Shown piece by piece: positions 23,031 to 35,100 of a stretch of DNA of 64,000 nt. The stretch covers positions 241,860 through 305,859 of the forward strand of contig NW_003314408.1 in NCBI RefSeq assembly GCF_000143415.4. Reading direction: 5' to 3'. Both the position numbers and the translations under genes were made by a program. Within the stretch, counting starts at the first letter, position 1; the number at the start of each line of letters is the position of its first letter. The notes beneath the pieces are model-generated. The model saw only the letters and a list, made by a program, of their open reading frames with translations. It was not told the DNA's origin and ran no database searches. The stretch is from Selaginella moellendorffii (taxonomy: Eukaryota; Plantae; Lycopodiophyta).

Positions 23031-24959
23031 ATGGAAGATTTCGGCGGAATTCCGAGCGCTCTGCCCGATCTCCCGCTCGACCTCCTCGGATTGATCACAA
23101 GCCGGGTCGGCCACAGGGATCTCTGCATCCTCAGCGCCACTTGCCGCAAGCTTCGAAGCGCGTGCTCGTCGGACAAGCTCTGGCTCCCGCAGTGCCAGCG
23201 CCTGGCCGAGGGCGAATCCATCGACTTGAATGCCTGGAGGAGCGGGATGGAGTCACACCGGGCGCTCTATCGCTTCCTGGCTGGAGCGAGGCCCCTCCTC
23301 GGCATCTGGGTGCACCAAAACCCAGAGCTCGGCAACTTGGTGTACGTGACCTGGGGATTCCTCTCCATCATCGGCTGCCGGATCATCCCCCAGGAGCTCG
23401 GCCCGCGGGGGATGGAGCGCGGCCTTCTTTGGGCGCCAGTGTTCGAGGTGATTGGAGCTCCCGATGGATCGCTGGCCTTCTTCCTCCACGGCAGGGACAA
23501 GGAGGACTGGTGCTACCCGGGGCGAGTGGAGCCGGCGAGAGAAGGCTGCAACGTTTTGATGCTGGAGGTCGAGTCCTTCCTGGAGGCCGAGGGGGGGAGG
23601 AGGAGCCCGAGTGGCAGCCCGGACAGCACTCTGGCCGGTGTCGCGGTAGAGAGCACCTGCAGCAGCGACGACGATTGCTCCGGCAGGAGATTCAGCGCAA
23701 GGAGGCCGTCGGAGGAGGACGAGGGGATCTGCTTCGGGAGGCTGAGCTTCGGCGACCGGAGGCGGCTGCTGGAGATGGTGGTGGCGGAGATCCGGATCAA
23801 AATGCCGGCGCTGGCGCAGGGGCCGCTCATCTCCCGGCCGAGCTTGGCGTCCAAGAAGGAGCTCAGGGCGATGACCGAGAGGCACGCATTGCTGCTGTGG
23901 ATGTACGTGCATGGGGACCCCCGCAGCACAGAAACCGGTCGAGGAGGTGGAGAAGCGACGACGCCTTCTTCTTGCCACTGCCACCACCACAGGATTGTGG
24001 ACTCGGAATGTTTGTCTGGGAAGTTGGGAAGCTCGTACGCTAGCGAGGACAGGCCTGCTGCTGCCACTGCCACTGCTGCCACTTCTACGATCACTGCAAC
24101 GACGCCGGCTTCGAAAAGATCCGGTTTTGCGGGCTTTCTTAAGGCGAAGATTAGGCAGATCGTCCTGCGGAGTAAGCTGGCGGCACAGGAGGGGAGGAGG
24201 AAGAACAGGACGGAGGTGGCGTCACCGGGGGCAGCACCGAGCAGGCGATTGACGCTGCGGGAGTACCTCCGGCAGGGCGCCGGGGTTGGGCTCCGGCTCG
24301 AGGCGGCGAGCTTGAAGTTGACGCTCTACCGGGCCTGGCCGATCATCTGCGAGAACCGGTTCGCGCTCTACAAGCTCCCCGAGCAGAAGGCTGTGGAGGG
24401 CCGCGAGCTTGCCGGCCTGTGGGGCGGGACTTTCGGATGGCCGCCGGGGCGGCCGGACGGGGAGAGCAAGCCCGGGAAGCCACTCTTCTTCCTGCTGCTC
24501 TCGTACGACGACGAGGGCGATCGCGAGAGAGATGGTGGAGGAGGAGGAAGGCTGCTGATAGCGACCAAGATCCTGGAGGGGACTCACTACGTTCTTCATC
24601 CGAATGGATCGGCGATGTTCACTGCGAGAGTGGAGGAGCCATCGGCGGAGAGGTTCCCGTGGGAGAGTTACCGGGATGGGAGCGTCGTGGAGACGGTGGA
24701 GTGCTACCAGGGCGAGGGGATCTCCAACGGGTATGGGTTCCGGTACCCGAGCTCCAAGCCCGGGGCGCTGTTCGTGCACCGGAGTGGGATGCTCGCGTTC
24801 GTGTGGAGCGAGTCGCGGGCGGTGCTGACGCTGGAGAAGCTGGACGTGGAGGAGATGCTGCGCAACGGGGAGAGAGTCGGGGCTCTCACGCCCATCGCCA
24901 ACTTCGCCTATCACACCAAGGCCAATTCCAATGTCTTTGCTGGCTGTGCTAGCCATTGA
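23031..24959 (+). CDS. Intronless F-box protein (At5g39450-like family)
   Basis: N-terminal F-box LPDLPLDLLGLI...LSATCRKLR...LW, then GIWVHQNPELGN, GCRIIPQELGP, GLWGGTFGWPPG, ATKILEGTHYVLHPNGSAMF and GYGFRYP. Confidence 0.88.
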   Translation: MEDFGGIPSALPDLPLDLLGLITSRVGHRDLCILSATCRKLRSACSSDKLWLPQCQRLAEGESIDLNAWRSGMESHRALYRFLAGARPLLGIWVHQNPELGNLVYVTWGFLSIIGCRIIPQELGPRGMERGLLWAPVFEVIGAPDGSLAFFLHGRDKEDWCYPGRVEPAREGCNVLMLEVESFLEAEGGRRSPSGSPDSTLAGVAVESTCSSDDDCSGRRFSARRPSEEDEGICFGRLSFGDRRRLLEMVVAEIRIKMPALAQGPLISRPSLASKKELRAMTERHALLLWMYVHGDPRSTETGRGGGEATTPSSCHCHHHRIVDSECLSGKLGSSYASEDRPAAATATAATSTITATTPASKRSGFAGFLKAKIRQIVLRSKLAAQEGRRKNRTEVASPGAAPSRRLTLREYLRQGAGVGLRLEAASLKLTLYRAWPIICENRFALYKLPEQKAVEGRELAGLWGGTFGWPPGRPDGESKPGKPLFFLLLSYDDEGDRERDGGGGGRLLIATKILEGTHYVLHPNGSAMFTARVEEPSAERFPWESYRDGSVVETVECYQGEGISNGYGFRYPSSKPGALFVHRSGMLAFVWSESRAVLTLEKLDVEEMLRNGERVGALTPIANFAYHTKANSNVFAGCASH

Positions 24960-25073
24960 AGAGATAAATATTCTAGGAATATCCGCCTTCCAGCGAAGAA
25001 CCCTAAAAATGTGAAGAACCCTAAAAAGCAAAGAGCCCTTAAAACAGAGGGGATGGAGTGGTGAGGAAGCTTG

Positions 25074-25507
25074 ATGGGAAGCGCGGACGTGGACGCCAAG
25101 GTGCTAGCGGCGGGCAGATCGGCTTGCTACAAGGTAGACGATTGCGGTTGTGCGTGTGGGGTTTAGGGTTTATGCGGAGGGGATTATTCTAGGCACGCGA
25201 CGCGTTCTTCCAATGCGTGGAGAGCTCCAAGGGCGCTGCGACGGAGAGTGGGACGGTGGGGCTGCTCTATCCGGCGGATTGCAAGCACAGCCGGGCGCAA
25301 TTCGAGAAGATGTGTAGATCGACTTGGGTATTATTTCTCTCTCTTCTTTCCTGGCGTTTCTTTTGTTTCTCTTTGCGTGATCGGAGCTTTGTTGGTATCA
25401 ATCAGGTGAGGCATTTCGATCGGCAGCACTGTGCGAAGAAGAGAGCCCAGCGAATGCTGGAGCCCGAGACTCGAAGTGGTCCCATAAACTTCCCACAGGC
25501 TACTTGA
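25074..25507 (+). CDS. COA6-like / cytochrome c oxidase subunit 6b-family protein, 3 exons (only partly captured by the ORF track)
   Basis: Spliced product MGSADVDAKVLAAGRSACYK|ARDAFFQCVES...GLLYPADCKHSRAQFEKMCRSTW|VRHFDRQHCAKKR...: a CX9C-Xn-CX10C motif followed by WVxHF. Confidence 0.85.
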
Positions 25508-25648
25508 ATTCTTTCTCTAGCTTTTCTCGAGAGATGTAAATCTAGATGAGAGACGAGCACGAATTTTGGTAGCTAAAAAGAAGCGTTTTTTCTTGGTTAG
25601 AACTTTTGAGAGTACTTTGCAAAGAGATTAAATGGAGATGATAATTTC

Positions 25649-27321
25649 CTACTTTGCGAAGAAGTCGATCACCTTCCTGTATACCAGCGCAGTGGCGTCC
25701 ACTCCGAGCATCACGTCTCCGTGCGCGTAGCGAGGAACCACGACGAGTTGAGTCTCGGATGGAAGCTCTTTGACGAGCCGGGCGACGTCGTCCTTGTCAG
25801 CAAGCTCGTCTTTCTCGCCGCGAATGAGTAGGAGTGGGACGGTCCTGGGAAATGCTGAAAGGGAGTACGACGGTGGATCCAAGCTGCCATAATGGAGGAT
25901 GTTTCCAACATATCCGTGATCATACTTTTGGAACTCTCCTGAGCGCACCACTGTAGAAGAGAAGAACACCATGAATGTAGAAATACTACTCCATGCGAGA
26001 CACTTACGCTGCGCCATGTGTGCCACGTTCTTCATTGAAGTTGCTTGCATCTCGTAGCGATTGTAAAAGGGCCTCCTCGTCGTGTTTATGCAGCAATTCG
26101 GACCTTGAAGACATGCATTCTTAGATGAACTGAAAATACCAAAAAAAAGAAAGAAAGAAAATGCTTTGTTTACCAGTGACCATGTCCAGCAAGTTGTCAA
26201 AGCAGTCCACATGCTGCATACGTTGGGACCTGCAAACGGTGTTGATCACTCGCCGGCCTCCAGAGCTGCGCATTGATTATATTTGAGTTAGCCCATGGAC
26301 CGAGTATGGAAAAAGCACGTACTTTTCAACGCGGAACTCATAGACTCCGGCAACAAGAAGAATCTGAGCCAGGAAAATTTAGCACACTGGCTAAGAAAGA
26401 TATAGAGAGAGAGACGAACCCTGTCCAGATACATATTAGACGCAATGGAAAGCATTGGTGCATCCACATTCTCCAGATATGCAACAGGACCGAGCATTGC
26501 AGCCTTCTTTACAAGTCCCGAGACATCACTGTGCGCGAAAGCAGCAAAAGCTGTCATGGTGCCCTGTTGCAAACCAGAAGACGGGAATAAGAATCATTTG
26601 CCTCTATAAGACAGTCTTACCTGTGAGAATCCGACATACATTGTTCGCTGATTAGTTTGACTGTGGACGAAGCGCAGCATAGTCGGCAAGTCCTGCTCAA
26701 CAAGATTGTCCCAGCTCCAATCCCAGAAATCCTGCAGAAAACCAGTTGTTAAAGTTGGCAAATGAAACGGATGAACCAGAAATTGTGCATACATCGTCTG
26801 AGCGGGACAAAGTGGCATGGCCATAGCTGAAATTGGAAGTTCGAGTGTTTCCAAGGAAGACATCGTAGCCGGCGTCTGCGAGCTGAAATGCCAGCGAATC
26901 TCTCGGCTGATTGATCACCCAGATGTCCCCTCCCTGCTCAACCAAGCAACGGTAAAGAAAACGCCCAAGAATTTAGAAAGCACACCTGCATGATCCCATG
27001 GTAGAGGAACACAGGACCCTTGGATCTGTTTGGACCATACAATCGTTGGACACCAAGCAAAAACCCATCTTGTGTTGGAACCTGTTGAGAAGGAAGTTAG
27101 TTCGCAGAAAAAGAAAGCAAAAGAGTGTAAGCTCTACAGACCGAGAACTCCCTGCAACCATAGTTGTACGGGTGAACAAAAGTCGAGCAGAGTCCATTCT
27201 TGTTGTTGAAGACTTCGTGAGCGTATGGTGCCGCAGTCACCTGGTCGAGGAGGTACACGAGTTTGACGAGTAAACCCAAGGTAGCCACCCACCAAGCAGC
27301 TCTTCGGCTCCTACTCTTCAT
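25649..27321 (-). CDS. Triacylglycerol lipase (LIP1/MPL1-like alpha/beta hydrolase), multi-exon
   Basis: Hydrophobic N-terminus, SLAFQLADAGYDVFLGNTR, FWDWSWD...DLP, nucleophile elbow YVGFSQ|GT, MLGPVAYL, TSMKNVAHMAQ, KYDHG and YAHGDVMLG. Confidence 0.9.
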
Positions 27322-27972
27322 TGAAGAACGAAGTGATTGCCCTTTGCAGCCACTGATTTCAAGGCAGGGAGATTATATAGAGAAGCTGCTTCATTGTCTC
27401 CGGGGCTCTTGAGTCCCTATCCTCAATCCCTGCTGTACTATAAGACCGTTTTCATAGCCCCGCAGCCAGAGAGCCAGCCTGCTGCCAATTTTTATCTGCA
27501 AACTTCCAAGGCCTTTCAGCGTCACACGCGATCAGGCATCACGGGTGGCTGCTGATGTTGCACTCCTTCGGACAAAGATATCTCAAAGCGGAACAGCCAG
27601 CAAATGTGTAAACCCCGGCCCCGCCCAGCGAATGTAGATAAAAATTCCTGAAAGCCTGGCTCAAGCAACAGCGAAAAAAGCAATGGTGCTGCAATGACTT
27701 CCAGACTGCGTGCCAGTATTTACGCGTAGCAAATATCCCATTATGATTCTTGTGACCAAAAAGCAACCGTCTGTTACTGCCAGAGAGCCACTTCCCAGTT
27801 CCATTCATGCATGTCCACTGTAGGCCGCTGTACTAGCGGAAGACCCATTCACACCTGCAAGCACTGTTTTTGAGTGCATGCCATAACATAGTTTGAAAGG
27901 GGGTAGTCGGCAACTAACCCGTGAGACTATGTCTTGGCGGCGTAGGTCTCTATTAATTCGCCGCTTCGCATG

Positions 27973-29026
27973 TCAATCTTCGAGAATATGGCAACGCGTC
28001 GACATGTTTAGAAACTCGTCAAGATTGAGCTGCAAAAACTGGCGTACTTAGAAAACAGAGATAGAAGCTTCCATAAGCTTACCATGCCATCTTGGTCGGT
28101 GTCAAAAATTCTAATCATGTCTTGCAGTTCCTGCTTTGTCCAAGTGAAGTTATGTGCAGACGCTGCTTGTTGCAATTCTCGCAGCGAAAGGCCCCTTCTA
28201 CCTTCTGAAGAGTTAAAAACTTTAGGTGACAAGTAAGAAGAAGGCACACTACCACTTACGAACGATTGCGTGATAAAGAATGTCGATATCCTTTGTGGAC
28301 AGGTGAAACGAGCCTCTTGCAGCCTGAAAGCAACATGTAAGAAGCACATAATGAGCACAGGTTTAAATGCTATCTTCTTACCGGTTTTTTCCTGCGCTTT
28401 GAATCTTCTTTTACTGACTTCTTCACAGCTTTAGTTCTACTGTCGATTAAGCTTCCGTCATGTACCTCCTCAAGAGACAGAGCAATAGCCTACAGCCTCC
28501 AAAAATTTAATGACTCTCTCTTTCCATGAGAAAACAAATGTACAAACCTCTTGAAGATCGTCCTCGTCCTGCTTGAAATCCAAATGAGAATTCACAACCT
28601 CTTCGGTCTGTCCCATACGTAGCCGCAGTTTAAACAAAGAAGACAAAGAAACTCATATCATACCTTTGGTTGATTAGACTCTTCGTCCTCACTCATATGC
28701 TCACCATCACTGCTGTCCTCGGAAACATGCTCTTCATCAGCTGGGGGAACGTAATCCTCCTCCTCGTCACGAATCTCCCGTGTGACAATCATCTCCTCGT
28801 CACTCTCATCAGAGACCTCCTCATTCTTGTTGCTCTTGATGGCCCGCAATCTATCCGACCTTCTTACCGGCCCAGCCGATGTGCTCGGCTTCGCCGGCTT
28901 CGCTTCTCGAGCTGGAGCCTGCACTTGAGAGGCGATATCCCTGGCCAGATCGCGCAGCCCTAGCTCGGCAAGGCGCGCATTGTTTGCTCGAATGCGCTCT
29001 TGGCGTACCTTCTCGTAAGCGCTCAT
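27973..29026 (-). CDS. Protein with N-terminal S.YE..R..RI..N motif, acidic linker, UIM-like motif and C-terminal EF-hand (At1g73440-like)
   Basis: MSAYEKVRQERIRANNARLAELGL, DEDDLQE|AIALSLEE, and ELQDMIRIFDTDQDGM|LNLDEF. Stop TGA at 27973-27975. Confidence 0.78.
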
Positions 29027-29172
29027 CCTAGGGCGAGGGCAAATTCGAAAGATAACTAGGGCTTTTGGAAGGCGGGCAAAAGGTTTAAATGGATCAATTA
29101 CGCGTGGGCCACCTGGCAGCATGACGTGGAATGGGGAGGAGTAGGGTTTAGACGAGAGTGATCGCTTTGGCA
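29027..29172. promoter_or_regulatory. 146-bp bidirectional promoter between the EF-hand gene and SGR6
   Basis: Site II TGGGCC at 29105-29110, TGACGTGG at about 29122 and telo-box TAGGGTTT at 29142-29149, between divergent ATGs. Confidence 0.6.
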
Positions 29173-32100
29173 ATGGCGAGCGATGAGGAGCCGGCTTCTC
29201 ATCAATCTGGTAAGAAAATCTAGCCTCCATCTCCCTAATCTCGGTTCTATTCTCTTCGTTAGTCGTCATTCAAGCACTGGTTGGAGCGCTGTCTGATTCC
29301 TCGGACGCGGTCAGGGAAGCCGCGACGATTTCTCTTTGCAAGGATGCTAGAGGGTGAGATTGAGGATTTTCTCTCCAATTCTTATTTCGGCTTGCACAGA
29401 AGCGCTCATGTGATTTTGGATTGCTGCCTCACGAGCTTGAGAACTGTTAAACGGGTAATCAACTCTTTGTGCGCATTTTTCTTTTGCATCCTCACCTTCT
29501 TTTTTATTTTTTCTCTCGCTTGATCAGCGTGGAGGACAAGTAGCAGTTCATCGATCAAGTGTCTTGAACGTAATGGCGAGAACAATCCGCGACATGGAAA
29601 GGATGCAGCTAAGCGAAGACAAGATAAAATCCATGGTGAAAATCTCCTTCGCTGAGATGACGAGCTGCAAGGTCTGTACATTTTGTCCTTTCGATTTCTT
29701 CTTGCACTAACAGCTTTTATCAGGATCTGGATTCAAGCTGGGAACACGCAGCATCGAGTCTGCTGGTTGCAGTTTGTTGTCAAATGCCAAGCTTGGTAAA
29801 GCTTAGTCTCGCTTTCTTTCTTTTTTACCTACATTATTAGTATTGCTGCTTCTTCGTTTTCAGGTTATGGAAGAAATATTTTTGCAACTAGTCGGAGGCT
29901 CGGTGCCGGTGTTGGCATTGGTTCAAGCTCTTGCCGAGTTCTCGACAATTGATGGTAACTTCAGCTTATCATTATGTGATGGGATTTAGTTGGAAGCCTT
30001 TGTTTGAAGCTGTCCAGTTCGTCCCTCATATGAAAGGCGTGCTTTCTCGCGTTTTACCTCTTCTTGGTGGAATTAAGGATGCGCAGAAAAAAACGTTTGC
30101 TGATGGTAAGATAAATAATTTTGCGTTGAGCATATGGACTGATATGAATCATTGTCAGCTTTTGCGTGTTGGAGTGCCGGGATGATCGTGTATGTTGAAA
30201 AGTATCCGTCAGCTCCGTACCTTGGTCCTGATATGCAGTAAGTTACGGGAGTATCTTCTCATTTTTGTGTACTTAATGTAATTTACAGAGCTCTTTTACA
30301 CTCTGCATTTGATCTTTTCCTGGGAAGATGGCTCTTGGCTCGTGATGCAAAGGTATTTGCAGTTTCTTTCCTTAACTGACATAAATCTGGAACATATCAG
30401 GTTTCTTTGGCTACTGTGGAAGCTTTGGCTCAAATGTTCCCTCTCATAAATAAAATTCAGTTAAAATCGGCGTTGCCTAAGCTCGTGCCTTCTATCTTAT
30501 CAGTGTAAGCATCATTGAAAGTTTCTCTTTGTACATCACCCTGGCTCTTTTGTTATCATTAAGGTACAAGAAAGACTCCAGTAATTGTTTTCCAGTTACC
30601 CATGCTCTTCACATGCTTTTGGAAGTGGTTTTGCCGAGTGGTCAGCCGATGCTAGAGTTTCAGGTTCTTGTGTTTAGGAAACAGTTACCAGTATTAATAT
30701 GTTTTTCAGGCTGTTGTATCTATTCTTAATACGATTTTGCCTATGGCTTCCATCTACTCTCGTAAAGAACGAAATGGAGAAGCTTCTGCAATTTTAAAGG
30801 TAAAGCTTTAATTTTTCTTTTATCGTAACATTCTCGCTTTTCTGCAGAATTTTAACGAGGTTGCTACTTGCTTCGTAATTATTGGAACTGCCTTTCCGGA
30901 AGACCTTTTCAACTATCTACTCTCTGTGAGATGCTGGAGCTTTTATTCTCATTCGTTTCGGTTGATAAAGTGTTTTTTAAAAGCAGCGTTTGAATGCCAA
31001 AGAAATGGAAGCATCACTTGGAGTTTTTTTGATACTCAAACATTTACTCCCTAGGTACGCTAGCTGTTTATTCAAGTATGATAATTTCAACGGTGATTGT
31101 TAGACTTGCTACAAGCTGGAATGGTAAACGTTCCACTCTACTCGAGGCTGTAAAGGTCTCGCTGCAGGAGCCAAATTTGAACTTGCGGAAAGCTTTGGCA
31201 GAGGTATATTTCCTATATTTTGCATTCTGCAGGGTAGTTTTCACTTCTATTATCATTCAGCTCGTTGCGATCATGTCAGCTGTTGGGTTTTTGCAACAAG
31301 ATAACGACAGGATATTCTTAGAGTTTTTAGTTAAGCAGTCAGCTATTACTGATTCTGAGGTAAAGATCCTGCACTCACAGCAGGAGGCCCTGGAAATAGC
31401 GTTGGGCACGCGAAATGCTGAAATTCATCAAAATCACGTAAGATTTTTCTTTTTATATAGTTTCTTCCTAACCCTTAACGTCCCAGCTTCGTCTAAAAGT
31501 TGGATTCGTGTCGCCTTCAGAGCTGCGGGTTGTGTCCGATAAAATTTTATATTTGCTGGCAAGCACAACGCCTCATATGGAAGTATGAAGATACATTCAC
31601 TTCTAAGTTCTATACTGAATTTGTGGTCCAGGAGCTTATGTGGCCATTTCTACTGAAAGTCTTGATTCCGCCATGCTTTACAGGAGCGATAGCCACGGTA
31701 AGTTTCCTCCTAGAACCTGAGACATATGTTGACGACAGTCTTCCTTTCTTAGCTTTGTAAGTGCATTTGCGAGATTATCAAGAGGAAAAATGGCAAAGGC
31801 GAACCAGTCTATGTCGACTATAGATTGCAACCCGACGTTCCACGACCAGAGGTTTCCCGTCGAGGCTTTTTCTTTCTCTGATAACAAGCCAGTGCAGGAA
31901 GTGCTGGGAAGGTTGATCGTTCTTTTGCAGAATCCCCATGCCAGGAATCATCTTGCTGCATCAATTTTGACGGTGTCTTTTTTCTTTCCTTTGTTTCTGA
32001 CTTCTGACGTTTTCTTAGTTTCGCCAACAACTTTGTACTTTGTAGGCTCTTTTGAACATGTCCTCGCTGTTTCCAACCGCTGTCCAGTTGCTATGGGAAG

Positions 32101-35100
32101 ACGAGGTTCGTGTGTTAAGAACATTGGGCACGAATTAGAGTCTATTTGATGCAGATTCCAAAACTAAAAGCTTATATCAGCGACTCCGAAGATGACTCAT
32201 GGCAACAAGAAACATGGGAAGAAATGATATTACACGTAAGTGTTGTCAAACTGTTTCCTACTAATGTACAACATCAGCTTCTGTCAGAATCTGTGGACGT
32301 TATCAGCAGTTCTGAATGGACTATGTCTATGGCTAATGCTTTGTCTGGCCACTACTGTTTATACGAAGGAGATAACCAACATTGTGCCTTTTTGCACAGG
32401 TAATTAATTTTCTTTAAGTTTCTTTTCTGAACTTCTGTTGCATGTCTGTAGATGCCTTGGTGTGGTTCTGTCCAAAGTTGATAACAGAAGCTTTGTCCGG
32501 GAAAAGATCGCCACAATGTATAGGCAATCCAACGTTGCAGACACAGCTAATAGGCTTGGTCTAGCTATGGGAATGGGCCTGGTAAGTACTGTGGACATGT
32601 CTGTAAATGGTAGATGACTTTGTTCTGATAAAGGTAGCAGCTTCTCATTTGGATACCGTTCTCGAAAAGCTGAAAGATGTGCTTGAGAAGGAGAGTAGAA
32701 GAACAATCACGAGGTCATTCTACGTCCAATTCGAGGTTTACGTTAACGGACTTCATTGTGCAGGTTCTTGGCTTCCTTCTTCGCTCAAAGAGAAAAGGAT
32801 GTGGACAATATCTATGCGGCATTAGCTTTGATGTACGGTTATGCTGCTTCTTATGCTCCATCCACCGTTATTGAAGCTCGAATCGATAAGCTTGTGGTAA
32901 CTTTTATCTTTGAAAGCGCACTTCGTTTTACTAAATAGCTCTTTTCAAGGGAACAAATGTTTTATCAAGGCTACTTGATGTGAAAAGTGCCGCAGCTAAG
33001 CAAGCCGTTATCACGGCTATCAATCTGCTGGGTACAACGTTTTTCGAATCCTGACGAAACAAATTTTGGTTTTGTATTCCAGGCCAAGCTGTTATAAAGG
33101 CTGGCGCCCATGGGGTTCCATTCCCTTTGAAGAGGCGAGATACAATGCTGGATTATGTTATGACGTTAATGGTGTCCCAAACTTCTAGTTATGTTCTTGC
33201 CACACAAAGTTTACTAGAAGCGGATTCACTCCGAACACAGGTGAGATGGACGTTCCATTTTTTCATTTTTATTTTTAGTTTTTTACTCTGTTTTGTGGAT
33301 CCTCAAGAACTTGGCGATAAACGCATGCACCACCTTGGTATCTGTTGAGCCTAAGTTGACATCTGCATCAAGGGATCGTATACTTGAGGTGATAAAATTT
33401 TTGTTGGGTGATTTCTGCAATTGTTTATGAGAATGTGCAGGCTACTTTGAGGTTCTACACGCTACCAGCAGAACCTGCACCCGTTGTTGATTCCGTTTTG
33501 TCGGATTTAACGAACTTGCTTTGCGTAATTCTAAGAACCAGGTCTGTTTTCTAGAAATTAGAATTTACGATCGAAAGAATAAGATGTTTTGCAGTGGGGA
33601 AGATGGGAAAAGTAGAGCGGATCAAGTTCATCACTTGCTCAATAGTCTTGACCAATACATCTCTTCACAAGTTGATCACCACCGAGAAAGAGCTTGTATG
33701 TCAGTACTTGCGCTATTGCGAGAGTTCCGAACATTCTGTACTGCAGGTTGTAGTCACCTTTTCCTATCTTTATGCTTACTTTACAAAGTTGTTTCAGGTA
33801 CGCCTCTTCTTCCCTCACGCGACGCTTTGATTCTTGGAAAGAGAGTGATGATGTATTTACCTCGTTGTGCGGATGTTTCTTCCTTGATACGAAAGTCGTC
33901 TGCTCAGGCATGGAATCTAGGAAAGCATTAGGAAAACTGACATTCCGTCTGCAGATTATTGACCTTCTCTTCAGCATTGCTTTAACTTTGCCAAAACTTG
34001 GGGGTTCCTCAAGTATGGAAAGCAGGCAAGTTTCTTTCGGTGCATTATCCTCACTAGAAGAGCTCATTGCTGTTTCTAAATGGGTAAGTCGACTTTTGTT
34101 GGGTTGAGATATTAACCACTGTTTATAGGATTCTACTGCTGAGTTGGCTGGAACGTTACAGCAAATTGTTGGCGCTGTTAGCATTCTTTTAACCAATGAC
34201 GAGGTAAAGCTTTTTGCCCCTGCCTGCGCCAACTTTTGTTCTTTTCGTTTTTCCGCAGTATGTGTCTGCTTTGCAGTATTGCAACACAGCTATCTGTGAT
34301 ATAATCCCTCAATGTGGGGAGGGTGCTACTTTTGCTGTCAAACAGTTAATTCTGGAGAGAGGCAATCAACTCGGCGAGCGCGATATTCCTACGTAAGATT
34401 CAATTTGTTTCATGGTTTTAATGAAACTTTTTTTACAGTATAACGCAGTCGCTGTTTAAGGCTGCCACGTCTGTTGCGGAGGTTGGAAGGCGTCAGAAAG
34501 TGCTAGAAACCGTAGGTCAACATTTTTCCATTTCGGCGATAATTTTTTTTTGTCTGCAGGTGTGTTCTCTAGCACAAGAAACGCAATCCAGAATAGTTAT
34601 GAGTGAACTTTTAGCTGCAGCAGTCAGGGAGGCGCAAGTTAAGGATTCGCTGAAACACAAAGGATCATGGCCGATAGACGAAGCCTTTAAAGTAAGTCTT
34701 TAGTTTTCTACAATGTTTGCCTTCTCACACCGCTAGCAGGCATTTGCGAACCATGTGGATTTGGCATTGCCATTTCTCGACTATTTGGTGTCCGTACTGG
34801 ATCAAACTCCAGTTCTGAAGGACGACACGGACAAGAACGAGCAGTCTTCGCATGCTCCTCATACCATCGACTATTTTCCAATAGCTGCTGTCCGGGCACT
34901 GACAACAGCTTTCAGGTAAGCCTGGTGTATACCATTAGCTTAATATTGATGCTGTTCAACAGAGTAGGAGGGGATCCCATCAGGAAAGCTCTTGAACAAC
35001 GTTATGCAACAGTTTTTTGTGCGCTCTTGCTTCAAATTGGAGGCTCACATGGCACTACTGGTTTGGATAAGCAAGCGTCAAGGTAGGACATAAAAGATGC

